DNA of 64,000 nucleotides from Tagaea sp. (GTDB lineage: Bacteria; Pseudomonadota; Alphaproteobacteria; CACIAM-22H2), in NCBI GenBank assembly GCA_965279525.1, contig CBDIIB010000003.1:320001-384000 (forward strand). Direction: 5' to 3'. Of this stretch, positions 20,332 to 31,884 are shown piece after piece (position 1 is the stretch's first letter; the number at the start of each line of letters is the position of its first letter). The notes under the pieces were generated by a model. The model was not told where the DNA came from. It was given only the letters and a program-made list of their open reading frames with translations, and did not search any database. The translations under genes were made by a program, and so were the position numbers.

Positions 20332-20332
20332 C

Positions 20333-22108
20333 ATGTGCGGGATCGCCGGCATGATGGCGACGGTAGCGGGCGGGCCGTCCGCCTCGATCCTTGAACGGAT
20401 GGGCGAGGCGATCGCGCATCGCGGACCGGACGGGACGGGCACCTATCGCGAGGCCGACGTCGCGTTCGTGCACAACCGCCTTGCGATCATCGACCTCGTC
20501 ACCGGCGACCAGCCGCTGCGCGAGGGCGGCGGAGCTGTCCTCGTCGCCAATGGCGAGATCTACAATCATGTCGAGCTGCGCACCGCTCTGGGAGATTTTC
20601 CGTTCCGCACGCAGTCGGACTGCGAGCCGCCGCTCGCCCTCTATCGCCGCGAGGGGCTGGCGTTCGCCGAGAAGCTGCGCGGCATGTACGCCGTGGCGAT
20701 CCACGATCCGCGCGCCAAGCGGCTGGTGCTGGCGCGCGATCCGTTCGGCATCAAGCCGCTCTACTATGCGCAAGGCGCCGAAGGTCTCGCCTTCGCGTCG
20801 GAAGCGCAGGCGCTGCGCGCGGCCGGCTTCGGCACCGGGAAGTTGCGCGCCGACAAGCGGGCCGAACTTCTCGAAATGCAGTTCCAGACCGGTGACGCGA
20901 CGATCTTCGAGGGGATCATGCGCCTCATGCCTGGCGACACGATCGTCGTCGGTGGCGGCCGGGTGATCGAGCGGCGCAACCGCGCGGCATTGCCCGCCGG
21001 GCGCCCGACGGCACGCGGGCACGAGGATGCGCTTCTCGAGTTCGACCGCGTCTTCCAGGACAGCGTGGCCATTCACCAGCGCGCCGACGTGCCCTACGGC
21101 ATGTTCCTGTCCGGTGGTGTCGACTCGTCGGCCGTGCTGGCGATGATGGCGCGCCTCAACGAGCGTCCGGTGCGCGCCTTCACGGCGCATTTCCCGGATA
21201 CCGATGCCGCCGACGAGCGCTCGACCGCACGGCGTGTGGCCGAGGCGTGCCGGGCCGAACTTGCCGAAGTGCCCGTGACCGCGGCGGATTTCTGGGCGCA
21301 TCTGCCAGCGATCGCCGCCGCGATGGACGATCCGGCAGCAGACTATGCCTGCGTGCCCACCTGGCTGCTCGCGCGCGCGGCACATGCCGACGGGCTGAAG
21401 GTCGTGCTGTCGGGCGAGGGCGGGGACGAACTGTTCGCCGGCTACGGGCGCTATCGCAGCACGCTGAAGCCCTGGTGGCTGGGCGGGCGGGCGATGCGCC
21501 GGCGCGGCACGTTCGAGAACATGGGCGTGCTGCGCGCCGATACGCGAGGCTGGCGCGATGGCATCGGGGCGGCGGAGACGATGGCGCGGACCGCCGAACG
21601 CACGCGCCTGCAGGTCGCCCAGGCGGTCGACGTGGCCGACTGGCTGCCCAACGACCTGCTCGCCAAGCTCGACCGGTGCCTGATGGCGCATGGCGTGGAG
21701 GGGCGCACGCCGTTCCTCGACAGCCAGGTGGCCGACTTCGCCTTCCGCCTGCCGGACGCGATGAAGGTGCACAAGCGCTGGGGCAAGTGGCTCCTGCGCG
21801 GCTGGCTCGAGCGCACGATGCCCGCGGCGCATGCCTTCGCGCCCAAGCAGGGTTTCACCGTGCCCGTCCAGCGCTGGATCGCCGGGCAGGGGGCGCGTCT
21901 GGGCCCGCTCGTCGCCGCATCCGCGGGTGTCGGCGAGATCGCCGATCCGGCCTCGGTCGTCCGCCTGTTCGAGAAGGCCGAGGACAAGCGTGCCGGCTTC
22001 GCGGCATGGACATTGCTTTTCTACGCGCTCTGGCACCGGCGGCATGCGCAGGGCTTGGCGCCGGCAGGCGACGTCTTCCACGCCCTCGATACGGCGCGCG
22101 CGGCGTGA
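20333..22108 (+). CDS. asnB: Asparagine synthase (glutamine-hydrolysing) family amidotransferase
   Basis: N-terminal MCGIAG; 'HRGPD', 'NGEIYNH', 'LSGGVDSS', 'SGEGGDE'. Confidence 0.92.
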   Translation: MCGIAGMMATVAGGPSASILERMGEAIAHRGPDGTGTYREADVAFVHNRLAIIDLVTGDQPLREGGGAVLVANGEIYNHVELRTALGDFPFRTQSDCEPPLALYRREGLAFAEKLRGMYAVAIHDPRAKRLVLARDPFGIKPLYYAQGAEGLAFASEAQALRAAGFGTGKLRADKRAELLEMQFQTGDATIFEGIMRLMPGDTIVVGGGRVIERRNRAALPAGRPTARGHEDALLEFDRVFQDSVAIHQRADVPYGMFLSGGVDSSAVLAMMARLNERPVRAFTAHFPDTDAADERSTARRVAEACRAELAEVPVTAADFWAHLPAIAAAMDDPAADYACVPTWLLARAAHADGLKVVLSGEGGDELFAGYGRYRSTLKPWWLGGRAMRRRGTFENMGVLRADTRGWRDGIGAAETMARTAERTRLQVAQAVDVADWLPNDLLAKLDRCLMAHGVEGRTPFLDSQVADFAFRLPDAMKVHKRWGKWLLRGWLERTMPAAHAFAPKQGFTVPVQRWIAGQGARLGPLVAASAGVGEIADPASVVRLFEKAEDKRAGFAAWTLLFYALWHRRHAQGLAPAGDVFHALDTARAA

Positions 22109-22143
22109 CCTGATTTCGACGTCTCCGACCGACGGATTTCCCC

Positions 22144-22974
22144 ATGTCGCCTTTCGATATCGACGCATCCCTGGCGGCAACGCTGGTCGCCTTCTGCATC
22201 GCCACCGGTGCCGTCGCCGGCCTGCTTGCGGGCCTGCTCGGCGTGGGCGGCGGCATCGTCGTGGTGCCGGCACTCTATTTCGTGCTCGGCCATCTCGGCG
22301 TCGACGAGGCCGTTCGAATGCAGGTCGCCGTGGCCACGTCGCTTGCGACTATCGTGCCGACCTCCATCCTGTCGGCACGGGCGCACCGGCAGCGCGGCTC
22401 GCTCGATGCGGTCCTGCTTCGCGCATGGGTTCCGCCCGCACTCGTCGGCGCGATTTTCGGCACGCTGTTCGCGGCCAGCGTGAAGGGCACGCTGCTGGCT
22501 GGCATCTTCGGCGCGATCGCAATGCTCGTCGCTTTCCAGATGGTTGCCTTTCCAGGCGGTCTGGCTCTCCGCCCGGCACTTCCCGGCCGCCCGGCAAGCG
22601 CCGCGATGGCGGCCCTGATCGGCGGGTTTTCGGCCATCATGGGGATCGGTGGCGGCACGCTCGCCGTCCCGGTCCTGTCGCTGTTCAGCTATCCGATCCG
22701 TCTTGCGGTGGGGACGGCGGCCTCGCTCGGCCTCTATGTCGCGATCCCGGCGACCGTCGGCCTCGTGATCGGCGGCTGGTCGGTGCCCGGCCTGCCGCCG
22801 CTTTCGCTGGGCTACGTCAATCTCGTCGGTTTCGCGGCCGTGCTTCCGGCGATGCTGCTTTGCGTGAAGGCCGGGGCCCGCATCGCGCATGCGATTTCGC
22901 AACCGGCCCTGCGTCGGGTCTTCGGCATCGTGCTTGCGGCGGTGGGCCTTCGCATGCTGTCTTCCCTCTTCTGA
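22144..22974 (+). CDS. TauE/SafE-family sulfite exporter
   Basis: 'AGLLGVGGG' and 'GIGGG' repeated motifs; multiple TM segments. Confidence 0.88.
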   Translation: MSPFDIDASLAATLVAFCIATGAVAGLLAGLLGVGGGIVVVPALYFVLGHLGVDEAVRMQVAVATSLATIVPTSILSARAHRQRGSLDAVLLRAWVPPALVGAIFGTLFAASVKGTLLAGIFGAIAMLVAFQMVAFPGGLALRPALPGRPASAAMAALIGGFSAIMGIGGGTLAVPVLSLFSYPIRLAVGTAASLGLYVAIPATVGLVIGGWSVPGLPPLSLGYVNLVGFAAVLPAMLLCVKAGARIAHAISQPALRRVFGIVLAAVGLRMLSSLF

Positions 22975-22987
22975 AAGGGAGGACGAT

Positions 22988-24028
22988 TTGACCGACCGCC
23001 TCGTGATCCGCCGGCCCGACGACTGGCACGTGCATCTGCGCGACGGCGCCATGCTGGAAGCGGTGGCCCCGCATACCGCCCGCCAGTTCGCGCGCGCCAT
23101 CGTGATGCCCAATCTCGTGCCGCCCGCTTCGAGTGTTTCGGCCGTGCGCGAATACGCCGCGCGCATCCGAAAAGCTGCCGGTCCCGGCTTCGAGCCGCTG
23201 ATGACGTGCTATTTGACGGACGGGATCTCGCCCGACGAGATCGAGCGCGGCCATGCCGAAGGCGTGTGGGTGGCGGCCAAGCTCTATCCCGCGCACGCGA
23301 CGACCAATTCGGCCCACGGCGTGACCGACATCGCGAAGATAGCACCCGCACTCGAACGCATGCAGCGCATCGGCATGAAGCTGCTCGTGCACGGCGAAGT
23401 CACGGACAAGGCGGTCGACATCTTCGACCGCGAGGCCGTGTTCATCGAGCGCACGCTGTCGCGTCTGGTGCACGATTTTCCCGGCCTGAAGATCGTCTTC
23501 GAGCATATCACGACGAAGGAGGCGGCCGATTTCGTGACGGCCGGCCCCGCCACGCTCGCCGCGACGATCACGCCGCACCATCTGGCGATCGACCGCAACG
23601 CCATTTTCGAAGGCGGCATCCGGCCGCATCTCTACTGCCTGCCGATCGCCAAGCGCTCGATCCACCGCACGGCCCTGCGCAAGGCAGCCGTTTCGGGATC
23701 GCCGAAGTTCTTCCTCGGCACAGACACGGCACCGCACGCCGTACACACCAAGGAAGCCGCCTGCGGCTGTGCCGGCATCTTCAACGCGCCCGTGGCGCTG
23801 GAAGCCTATATCCGCGTGTTCGACGAGGAGGGCGCACTCGACCGGTTCGAGGGTTTCGCCAGCGAGTACGGCCCGGCGTTCTACGGGCTGCCGCTCAATG
23901 CGGGCCGTATCGCGTTGACGCGCGCGAGCGTGAAGGCACCCGAGCGCGTTCCCGCCACCCCCGGCGACGTCGTGTGTTATCTCGGCGGACAGGATCTTGG
24001 CTGGCGCTTCGAGGGGATCGTCGGCTAG
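22988..24028 (+). CDS. pyrC: Dihydroorotase
   Basis: 'RPDDWHVHLRDG', 'KLYPAHATTNS', 'FLGTDTAPH'; TTG start after GGAGG. Confidence 0.97.
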   Translation: MTDRLVIRRPDDWHVHLRDGAMLEAVAPHTARQFARAIVMPNLVPPASSVSAVREYAARIRKAAGPGFEPLMTCYLTDGISPDEIERGHAEGVWVAAKLYPAHATTNSAHGVTDIAKIAPALERMQRIGMKLLVHGEVTDKAVDIFDREAVFIERTLSRLVHDFPGLKIVFEHITTKEAADFVTAGPATLAATITPHHLAIDRNAIFEGGIRPHLYCLPIAKRSIHRTALRKAAVSGSPKFFLGTDTAPHAVHTKEAACGCAGIFNAPVALEAYIRVFDEEGALDRFEGFASEYGPAFYGLPLNAGRIALTRASVKAPERVPATPGDVVCYLGGQDLGWRFEGIVG

Positions 24029-24522
24029 TCCCCGGTTGCCGCAAGGCGCGCACGCGGCACCGCGATTTCACGAAGGTCGAGTTTCAGACGGGTGAGCGCG
24101 TCGAGCGTACGGTCGATCTGGCCGGCGCAGTGCTGCGCGTCTTCGGGCGTGACGTCGCGTTCGGCAAGCGCCGAGCTTATCGCTGCAGCGACCGAACCCA
24201 GATCGCGCACGATTTCGATCATGCGCGCGCGCGGATCGAGTGCCCGGTGCGGCCCGGGCCCGCCGAGTGCCGCGACCCGTGCATCCAGCGCCTGACGGTA
24301 GGCATCGAAAATCTGCGGGCGTTCGCCGGCGACGACGCACGCGGCGTCGAGCGCCAGCGCATCTTCCGCCTGAAGGCGGTGGCGCGGATTATCCGGGTCC
24401 GCGCACTTGCGGAACAGGGACGCGGACTTGCCGGTCGCGGTTGCGATGCGCGCCTCGTCGAGGATGCCCAACGTGCGATGAAGCCCGGCGCGGATCGAAC
24501 AGATGTCGCGAGGTTTGGTCAT
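24025..24522 (-). CDS. Phage CII-like regulatory protein
   Basis: N-terminal HTH-like 'IATATGKSASLFRKCADPD' followed by a helical region 'EIVRDLGSVAAAISSALAERDVTPED'. Confidence 0.55.
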   Translation of the reverse strand: MTKPRDICSIRAGLHRTLGILDEARIATATGKSASLFRKCADPDNPRHRLQAEDALALDAACVVAGERPQIFDAYRQALDARVAALGGPGPHRALDPRARMIEIVRDLGSVAAAISSALAERDVTPEDAQHCAGQIDRTLDALTRLKLDLREIAVPRARLAATGD

Positions 24523-24651
24523 GTGGAAACGCCCCCTTGACGCAACATATGCCGGGCGCCCCTGCGTGGATTTGATGCAGGTCAAACGCGGTTTGCCGCG
24601 GACCATAAGGCTTGGTAACGTAAAGACATATTCCAGCACCGGAGAGGACAG

Positions 24652-25821
24652 ATGAGCGGTTGCATCGTCGGGTGGGCACACGGGAAATTCGGCAAACGCG
24701 AGGGACTCGACCTCGAAGCGCTGCTTGCCGAAGTGTGCGTGGGCGCCCTTGCCGATGCCGGTCTGGCACCGGAAGACGTCGACGAGATCTATGTCGGGCA
24801 TTTCGGCGGCGGCTTCGTGAAGCAGGATTTTCCGGCGTCCCTGGTGCTGCAGACGGCCGACGGCTTCCGTTTCAAGCCTTCGACGCGTGTCGAGAATGCC
24901 TGCGCGACCGGGTCGGCAGCCGTCCATATGGGCCTCAACGCCATCGCGGCGAAGAAGGCGCGCATCGTGCTTGTCGCGGGTGTCGAGAAGATGACCGAGA
25001 CGCCGGGCGACATCGTCGGCGGCATCCTGATGAAGGCCTCCTACGTCAAGGAGGAGGACCGCCCGGGCATGAGCTTCGCCGGCGTGTTCGGCCAGATCGC
25101 CCAGCTCTACGCCCAGCGCTTCGGCGATCCGTCGGACGCGATGGCGAGGATCGCGGCGAAGAACCACAAGAACGGCTGCGCCAATCCGAACGCGCAGCTG
25201 CGCAAGGATCTCGGCTACGAATTCTGCAGCACGGTTTCCGACAAGAACCCGCTGGTGGCCGGACCGCTGCGGCGCACCGACTGCAGCCTCGTGTCGGACG
25301 GGGCGGCGGCTCTGGTTCTTGCCGATTTCGGCACGGCGCTCTCGATGAAGAAGGCCGTGGCTTTCCGCGCGACCGCCCAGGTCAACGACTACCTGCCGAT
25401 GAGCCGGCGCGACATCGTCGCGTTCGAGGGATGTGCCGCCGCCTGGAAGAAGGCCTATGCCGAGGCGCGCATTACGGTCGACGACCTGAAGCTCGTCGAG
25501 ACGCATGACTGCTTCACGATCGCCGAACTCATCCAGTACGAGGCGATGGGGCTCGCGGCACCGGGGCAGGGCGGGCGTGCCGCACTGGAAGGTGTCACCG
25601 AGAAGACCGGCCGGTTGCCGGTCAACGCGTCGGGCGGGCTGAAGGCCAAGGGCCATCCGATCGGGGCAACGGGCGTTTCGATGCACATCATGGCCGCGAT
25701 GCAGGCCACGGGTCTTGCCGGCGACATGCAGGTGCCCAGGCCCGGGCTTGCCGGCGTGTTCAACATGGGCGGGGCAGCGGTCGCCAACTACGTCTCGATC
25801 CTGGAGCCGCTTCGCGCATGA
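24652..25821 (+). CDS. Thiolase-domain protein (SCP-x type acetyl-CoA acetyltransferase)
   Basis: 'ENACATGS', 'ETHDCF', 'GHPIGATG'. Confidence 0.9.
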   Translation: MSGCIVGWAHGKFGKREGLDLEALLAEVCVGALADAGLAPEDVDEIYVGHFGGGFVKQDFPASLVLQTADGFRFKPSTRVENACATGSAAVHMGLNAIAAKKARIVLVAGVEKMTETPGDIVGGILMKASYVKEEDRPGMSFAGVFGQIAQLYAQRFGDPSDAMARIAAKNHKNGCANPNAQLRKDLGYEFCSTVSDKNPLVAGPLRRTDCSLVSDGAAALVLADFGTALSMKKAVAFRATAQVNDYLPMSRRDIVAFEGCAAAWKKAYAEARITVDDLKLVETHDCFTIAELIQYEAMGLAAPGQGGRAALEGVTEKTGRLPVNASGGLKAKGHPIGATGVSMHIMAAMQATGLAGDMQVPRPGLAGVFNMGGAAVANYVSILEPLRA

Positions 25822-25834
25822 AAACGAGGGGCGC

Positions 25835-26023
25835 ATGAACAAGGGCAAGGTCATCGAGAATTTCGAGATCGAGGCGGACCAGCTTGCCTGGCTCAAGGAC
25901 ATGGCCGCCACCTACGGCCTTGCGGACGCGAGCAAGGCGCTGCGCGTGGCGCTCGATCACGCGATGATGGATGCCGACGAGGAGAAGATCTTCATGTCGA
26001 TCCGCTGCCGGCGGTGCGGATGA
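25835..26023 (+). CDS. Small ribbon-helix-helix-like protein with C-terminal CxxC
   Basis: GAGG RBS; strand-helix-helix pattern 'FEIEADQLAWL...SKALRVALD'; ends 'RCRRCG'. Confidence 0.6.
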   Translation: MNKGKVIENFEIEADQLAWLKDMAATYGLADASKALRVALDHAMMDADEEKIFMSIRCRRCG

Positions 26024-26301
26024 CGGCCGCGCCGACATTCGAGGCCTTCGAGGCCGCTGCCCGTGTGGAGGGCTGCGACGAGATCCTCGTGCGCGAATGG
26101 GCCGCCGATGCCCGCACGGGCGACCACACGCACCCGTTCGATGCGAGCCTTCAGGTCGCGCGGGGTGCATTCGAGCTGACGATGGACGGGGCGACCCGCC
26201 GGCTCGTTGCCGGCGACACCTGCAAGGTGCCGCGGGACACGGTGCATGCCGAGACCTACGGCCCGGAGGGGGCGACGATCTGGGTCGGACGGACGAATTG
26301 A
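26020..26301 (+). CDS. Cupin-domain protein
   Basis: 'HTHPFD...G.F.L...GD...VP...HAE.YG'. Confidence 0.85.
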   Translation: MTAAPTFEAFEAAARVEGCDEILVREWAADARTGDHTHPFDASLQVARGAFELTMDGATRRLVAGDTCKVPRDTVHAETYGPEGATIWVGRTN

Positions 26302-26320
26302 AAACGGAAGATTTCGACGC

Positions 26321-26395
<75 letters not shown>

Positions 26396-26507
26396 CCAGC
26401 GTGGAAATCGGCCCGCTTGATGCCACAGACCGCCCGAACGCGCAACTTGCTTGGTTTGGGGGCCTGTTTTGGGCAAAATGCCGGCCATGCCGCCGCCCGC
26501 CAGAGCC

Positions 26508-28431
<1,924 letters not shown>

Positions 28432-28499
28432 CTAAGTCGCGGGGCGGGACGAGGCGGGATCATGTGGAAGGTTCCGGACTGGAAGGCTGGGACGACACG

Positions 28500-28581
28500 A
28501 CAAAACGACCGCTGGGGCGCCCTTCGCGAGGAAGGGGGCCGCGGCTCAAATAAGTCGAAGGTCGTCGATCCGGCGGAACAT
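28500..28581 (-). promoter_or_regulatory. Putative leucine attenuator (leader peptide MFRRIDDLRLI*, 28546-28581, plus hairpin)
   Basis: 12-codon ORF with two CTT Leu codons before the stop; hairpin CCCTTC/GAAGGG (28520-28536) and a short T run, upstream of leuA. Confidence 0.55.
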
Positions 28582-28693
28582 GGCACCTTTCTAGCGGGCA
28601 TGGCCGGGGGCGTCAACCGGTCCGGGCGGGCATGGCACGGATATTGAACCTTTTTGCCGTCCTTTCCGCCCCCCTCCAACAGGAGATACCTGC

Positions 28694-29728
28694 ATGTCGA
28701 AGTCCTTGACCGCATTCGCTTTGGCCGCCGCACTGGCAGCCGTTGCGGTGCCGGCCGTCGCCCAGACGCCCACCACGATCAAGTTCACGCTTGGTTGGAA
28801 GACCCAGGGCAGCGACGCGGCGTTTTTCGTCGCGCGCGACAAGGGCTATTTCCAGCGTGAGGGCCTCAATGTCGTCATCGACCAGGGCGAAGGCTCCGGC
28901 GCCACGGTCACGCGTATCATGGGTGGAGCCTACGAAGCCGGCTTCGGCGACATCAACGCGATCATCCAGAACGCGGCGGCCAATCCGGGCCAGCAGCCCA
29001 TCATGGTCTACCAGATGTGGAACCAGCCGCCCTTCGCGATCGTCGCGCGCAATCCCGCCGGCATCAAGACGATCAAGGATTTCGAGGGCAAGACACTGGG
29101 CGGCGCGCAGGGCACGCCGACCACGCGGCTGATGCCGGTGTTCGCTTCGGTCAACAAGCTCGACCTTTCCAAGATCAAGTTCACCAACATGGCGCCCAAC
29201 CTGCAGGAGCCGCTGCTGATCCAGGGCCACATGGACGCCGCGATGGTGTTCAACATCACCAGCTACTTCAACCTGATCGGTCTCGGCCAGGACCCGGACA
29301 AGGACTATACGTGGTTCCAGTTCGCGGACTACGGCATGGACCTCTACTCCAACGGCATGATGGTCTCGCAGAAGCTGATCAAGGAAAACCCGAAGGCGGT
29401 CGCGGGTCTCGTGCGTGCGGTCAACCAGGCCACGCTCGACGTGGGCAAGGACATCGCCGGTGCCATGAACTCGGTCATGAAGTTCGACGCGCTCGTCGAC
29501 CGCGGCGTCGAGCAGCGCCGCCTCAAGTTCGCCTACGAGAAGCTGATGCTTTCGGCCGAGGCGAAGGAGATCGGCGCCGGCGACGTCAAGGACGACCGCC
29601 TGAAGCGCTCGATCGGCATGGTGGTTTCGGGTTACGGTCTGACCCGTACGCCGGAAACCAGCGAGATCTACTCGCGCCAGTTCCTGCCGCCGCGCGGCGA
29701 GCGCGAACTGGTCTACATGGGAAACTGA
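28694..29728 (+). CDS. ABC transporter substrate-binding protein, NMT1/THI5-like
   Basis: Signal peptide; 'IKFTLGWK', 'DKGYFQREGLNV', 'YSNG'. Confidence 0.85.
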   Translation: MSKSLTAFALAAALAAVAVPAVAQTPTTIKFTLGWKTQGSDAAFFVARDKGYFQREGLNVVIDQGEGSGATVTRIMGGAYEAGFGDINAIIQNAAANPGQQPIMVYQMWNQPPFAIVARNPAGIKTIKDFEGKTLGGAQGTPTTRLMPVFASVNKLDLSKIKFTNMAPNLQEPLLIQGHMDAAMVFNITSYFNLIGLGQDPDKDYTWFQFADYGMDLYSNGMMVSQKLIKENPKAVAGLVRAVNQATLDVGKDIAGAMNSVMKFDALVDRGVEQRRLKFAYEKLMLSAEAKEIGAGDVKDDRLKRSIGMVVSGYGLTRTPETSEIYSRQFLPPRGERELVYMGN

Positions 29729-29729
29729 T

Positions 29730-31238
29730 TTGACCGATGCGCCTGCGTCCGTCCTTCGCGGCGGACGGATACTCGATCCGGCGACGGATCGCGCGGAGCC
29801 GGCGGACATTCTCGTGTCCGCCGGCTTCGTCGCGTCGGTGGGCCCGCCCGGCTCGATCGACCCGCCGGGTGCGCGGATCATCGATGCGTCTGACCGGCTG
29901 CTCGTCCCCGGCCTCGTCAACGCGCACACGCACGCCCACGGCGGGCTCGGGCGCGGGGCGGTGGGCGACCAGGCACCGCTCGAGCTGTTCCTCAACGCGG
30001 CGGGCGCCATCAACGGCCAGCGTACGCTCGACGACAAGTATCTGAGTGCGGCCCTGTCGGCGGCCGAGATGGTGCGGCGCGGCTGCACGGCAAGCTTCGA
30101 CCTGTTCGTCGAATTTCCGGCCCCCTCGGCCGAGGCGATGCGCGCGGTCGGGCAGGCGTATATGGACGTTGGCATGCGCGCGGTCGTGGCCCCCATGCTG
30201 GCCGACCGCACGCTCTACCAGGCGCTGCCGGGCCTGCTCGACGCGATCCCCGAGCCGATGCGCAGCCAGGTCGCGAAGATCGCATTGGCGCCCTACGAGA
30301 CGAGCCTCGCGAACCTGAAGCCGGTCTTCGCCGACTGGCCATTCGACCGCGATTTCATCCGGCCGGGAATCGCGCCGACGATCCCGCTGCACTGCTCGGA
30401 CGATTTCATCGTCGCGTGTGCGCGCATGGCCAAGGAATACGGCCTGCCGTTCCAGACGCACCTGGCCGAAACCAAGGTGCAGGCCGTGCTGGCGCGGGCA
30501 AAGTACGGCAAGAGCATGACGGCGCATCTCGACGATCTCGGCGCACTCGGCCCGAATTTCAGCGGCGCCCATGGCATCTGGATCGACCGTGCGGAGATGG
30601 ACCTGATCGCCAAGCGCGGCGGCCGCATCGCGCACAATCCCGGCAGCAACCTGCGCCTCGGCTCCGGTGTTGCGGCCGTGCGCGAGATGATGGATGCCGG
30701 CATCGAAGTCGGCATCGGCACCGACGGATCGAATACCGGCGACGGGCAGAACATCTTCGAGGCGGCGCGGCTCGCAGCCTACCTCTCGCGCCTGCAGGGT
30801 CCCGAGTACGACAAGTGGGTGACCGCACGCGAGGCCTTCGCCGCGGCAACGCTCGGCAGTGCGCGGTTGCTGGGATTCGAGAAGATGGGGCGGATCGCGC
30901 CTGGCTTCGTCGCCGACATCGTTTTCCTGCGCCTCGACCAGCCGCACTACGTGCCGCTGCGCAGCCCGCTGATGCAGATGGTGTTTGCCGAATCGGGATC
31001 GGCCATCGACCGCGTGATGATTGGCGGGCGCATCGTGTTCGAGGGGGGAAGGCTAACGACGGTCGACGAGGCGAAACTTCGTCGACAGGCGGAAGAGGCG
31101 GCCGCACGTCTGGATACAGCCAATGCGGGTGCCAAACACATGGCCGCGTCGATCCATGACTTCGTCGGCACGTTCTGCGTTGCGCACGGGCGCGCGGACT
31201 GTCACATAAGGCGACGCTTGGACTGCCTGCCCGCCTGA
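29730..31238 (+). CDS. Amidohydrolase, Atz/Trz/MTA-SAH deaminase-like
   Basis: 'PGLVNAHTH', 'HLAET', 'HNPGSNLRLGSG', 'GTDG'. Confidence 0.88.
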   Translation: MTDAPASVLRGGRILDPATDRAEPADILVSAGFVASVGPPGSIDPPGARIIDASDRLLVPGLVNAHTHAHGGLGRGAVGDQAPLELFLNAAGAINGQRTLDDKYLSAALSAAEMVRRGCTASFDLFVEFPAPSAEAMRAVGQAYMDVGMRAVVAPMLADRTLYQALPGLLDAIPEPMRSQVAKIALAPYETSLANLKPVFADWPFDRDFIRPGIAPTIPLHCSDDFIVACARMAKEYGLPFQTHLAETKVQAVLARAKYGKSMTAHLDDLGALGPNFSGAHGIWIDRAEMDLIAKRGGRIAHNPGSNLRLGSGVAAVREMMDAGIEVGIGTDGSNTGDGQNIFEAARLAAYLSRLQGPEYDKWVTAREAFAAATLGSARLLGFEKMGRIAPGFVADIVFLRLDQPHYVPLRSPLMQMVFAESGSAIDRVMIGGRIVFEGGRLTTVDEAKLRRQAEEAAARLDTANAGAKHMAASIHDFVGTFCVAHGRADCHIRRRLDCLPA

Positions 31239-31251
31239 CCGGAGACGGAGA

Positions 31252-31884
31252 ATGCCGACAACCACGACACTGATCGCCTTTGCCGCCGTGTGTCTCGGCA
31301 TGGTGCTCACGCCAGGCCCCAACATGGTCTATCTGATTTCGCGTTCGCTCAGCCAGGGGCCGATGGCTGGCGTCATCTCGCTGGGCGGCGTCATCCTCGG
31401 CTTCGTCTTCTACGTCTTGAGCGCGGCGCTCGGATTCTCGGCACTCATCCTGACCGTGCCGATCGCCTATGACGTGCTGCGCTTCGGCGGCGCCATCTAC
31501 CTCCTCTGGCTGGCATGGCAGTCGCTGAAGCCCGGCGGGAGATCGCCGTTCCAGGTGCAGACGCTTCCCTACGATCCGCCACGCAAGCTGTTCGCGATGG
31601 GCTTCCTGACCAACCTGCTCAATCCCAAGGTAGCGATGCTCTATCTGTCGCTGTTTCCGCAATTCATCGACACGACGCGCGACGACGTGCTGGTGCAGTC
31701 GCTCGTGCTTGGCGGCCTGCATATGTGCGTCAGCTTCGTCGGCAATCTGACATTCGCGCTGACCGCCGGCGCCCTGTCCGTCTTCCTCGCCAGACGGCCA
31801 ACATGGCTGCTCGTCCAGCGCTGGCTGATGGGGCTCGTGCTGGGCGGACTTGCCATCCGGATGGCAATGGAAAGCCGCCGCTAG
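31252..31884 (+). CDS. LysE/RhtB-family exporter
   Basis: 'LTPGPNM' and 'NLLNPK'. Confidence 0.92.
   Translation: MPTTTTLIAFAAVCLGMVLTPGPNMVYLISRSLSQGPMAGVISLGGVILGFVFYVLSAALGFSALILTVPIAYDVLRFGGAIYLLWLAWQSLKPGGRSPFQVQTLPYDPPRKLFAMGFLTNLLNPKVAMLYLSLFPQFIDTTRDDVLVQSLVLGGLHMCVSFVGNLTFALTAGALSVFLARRPTWLLVQRWLMGLVLGGLAIRMAMESRR

Noticed and set aside
24523-25911. Upstream extension of the CII-like ORF to 628 aa
   Set aside because: Antisense to the thiolase; a plausible start lies at 24522.
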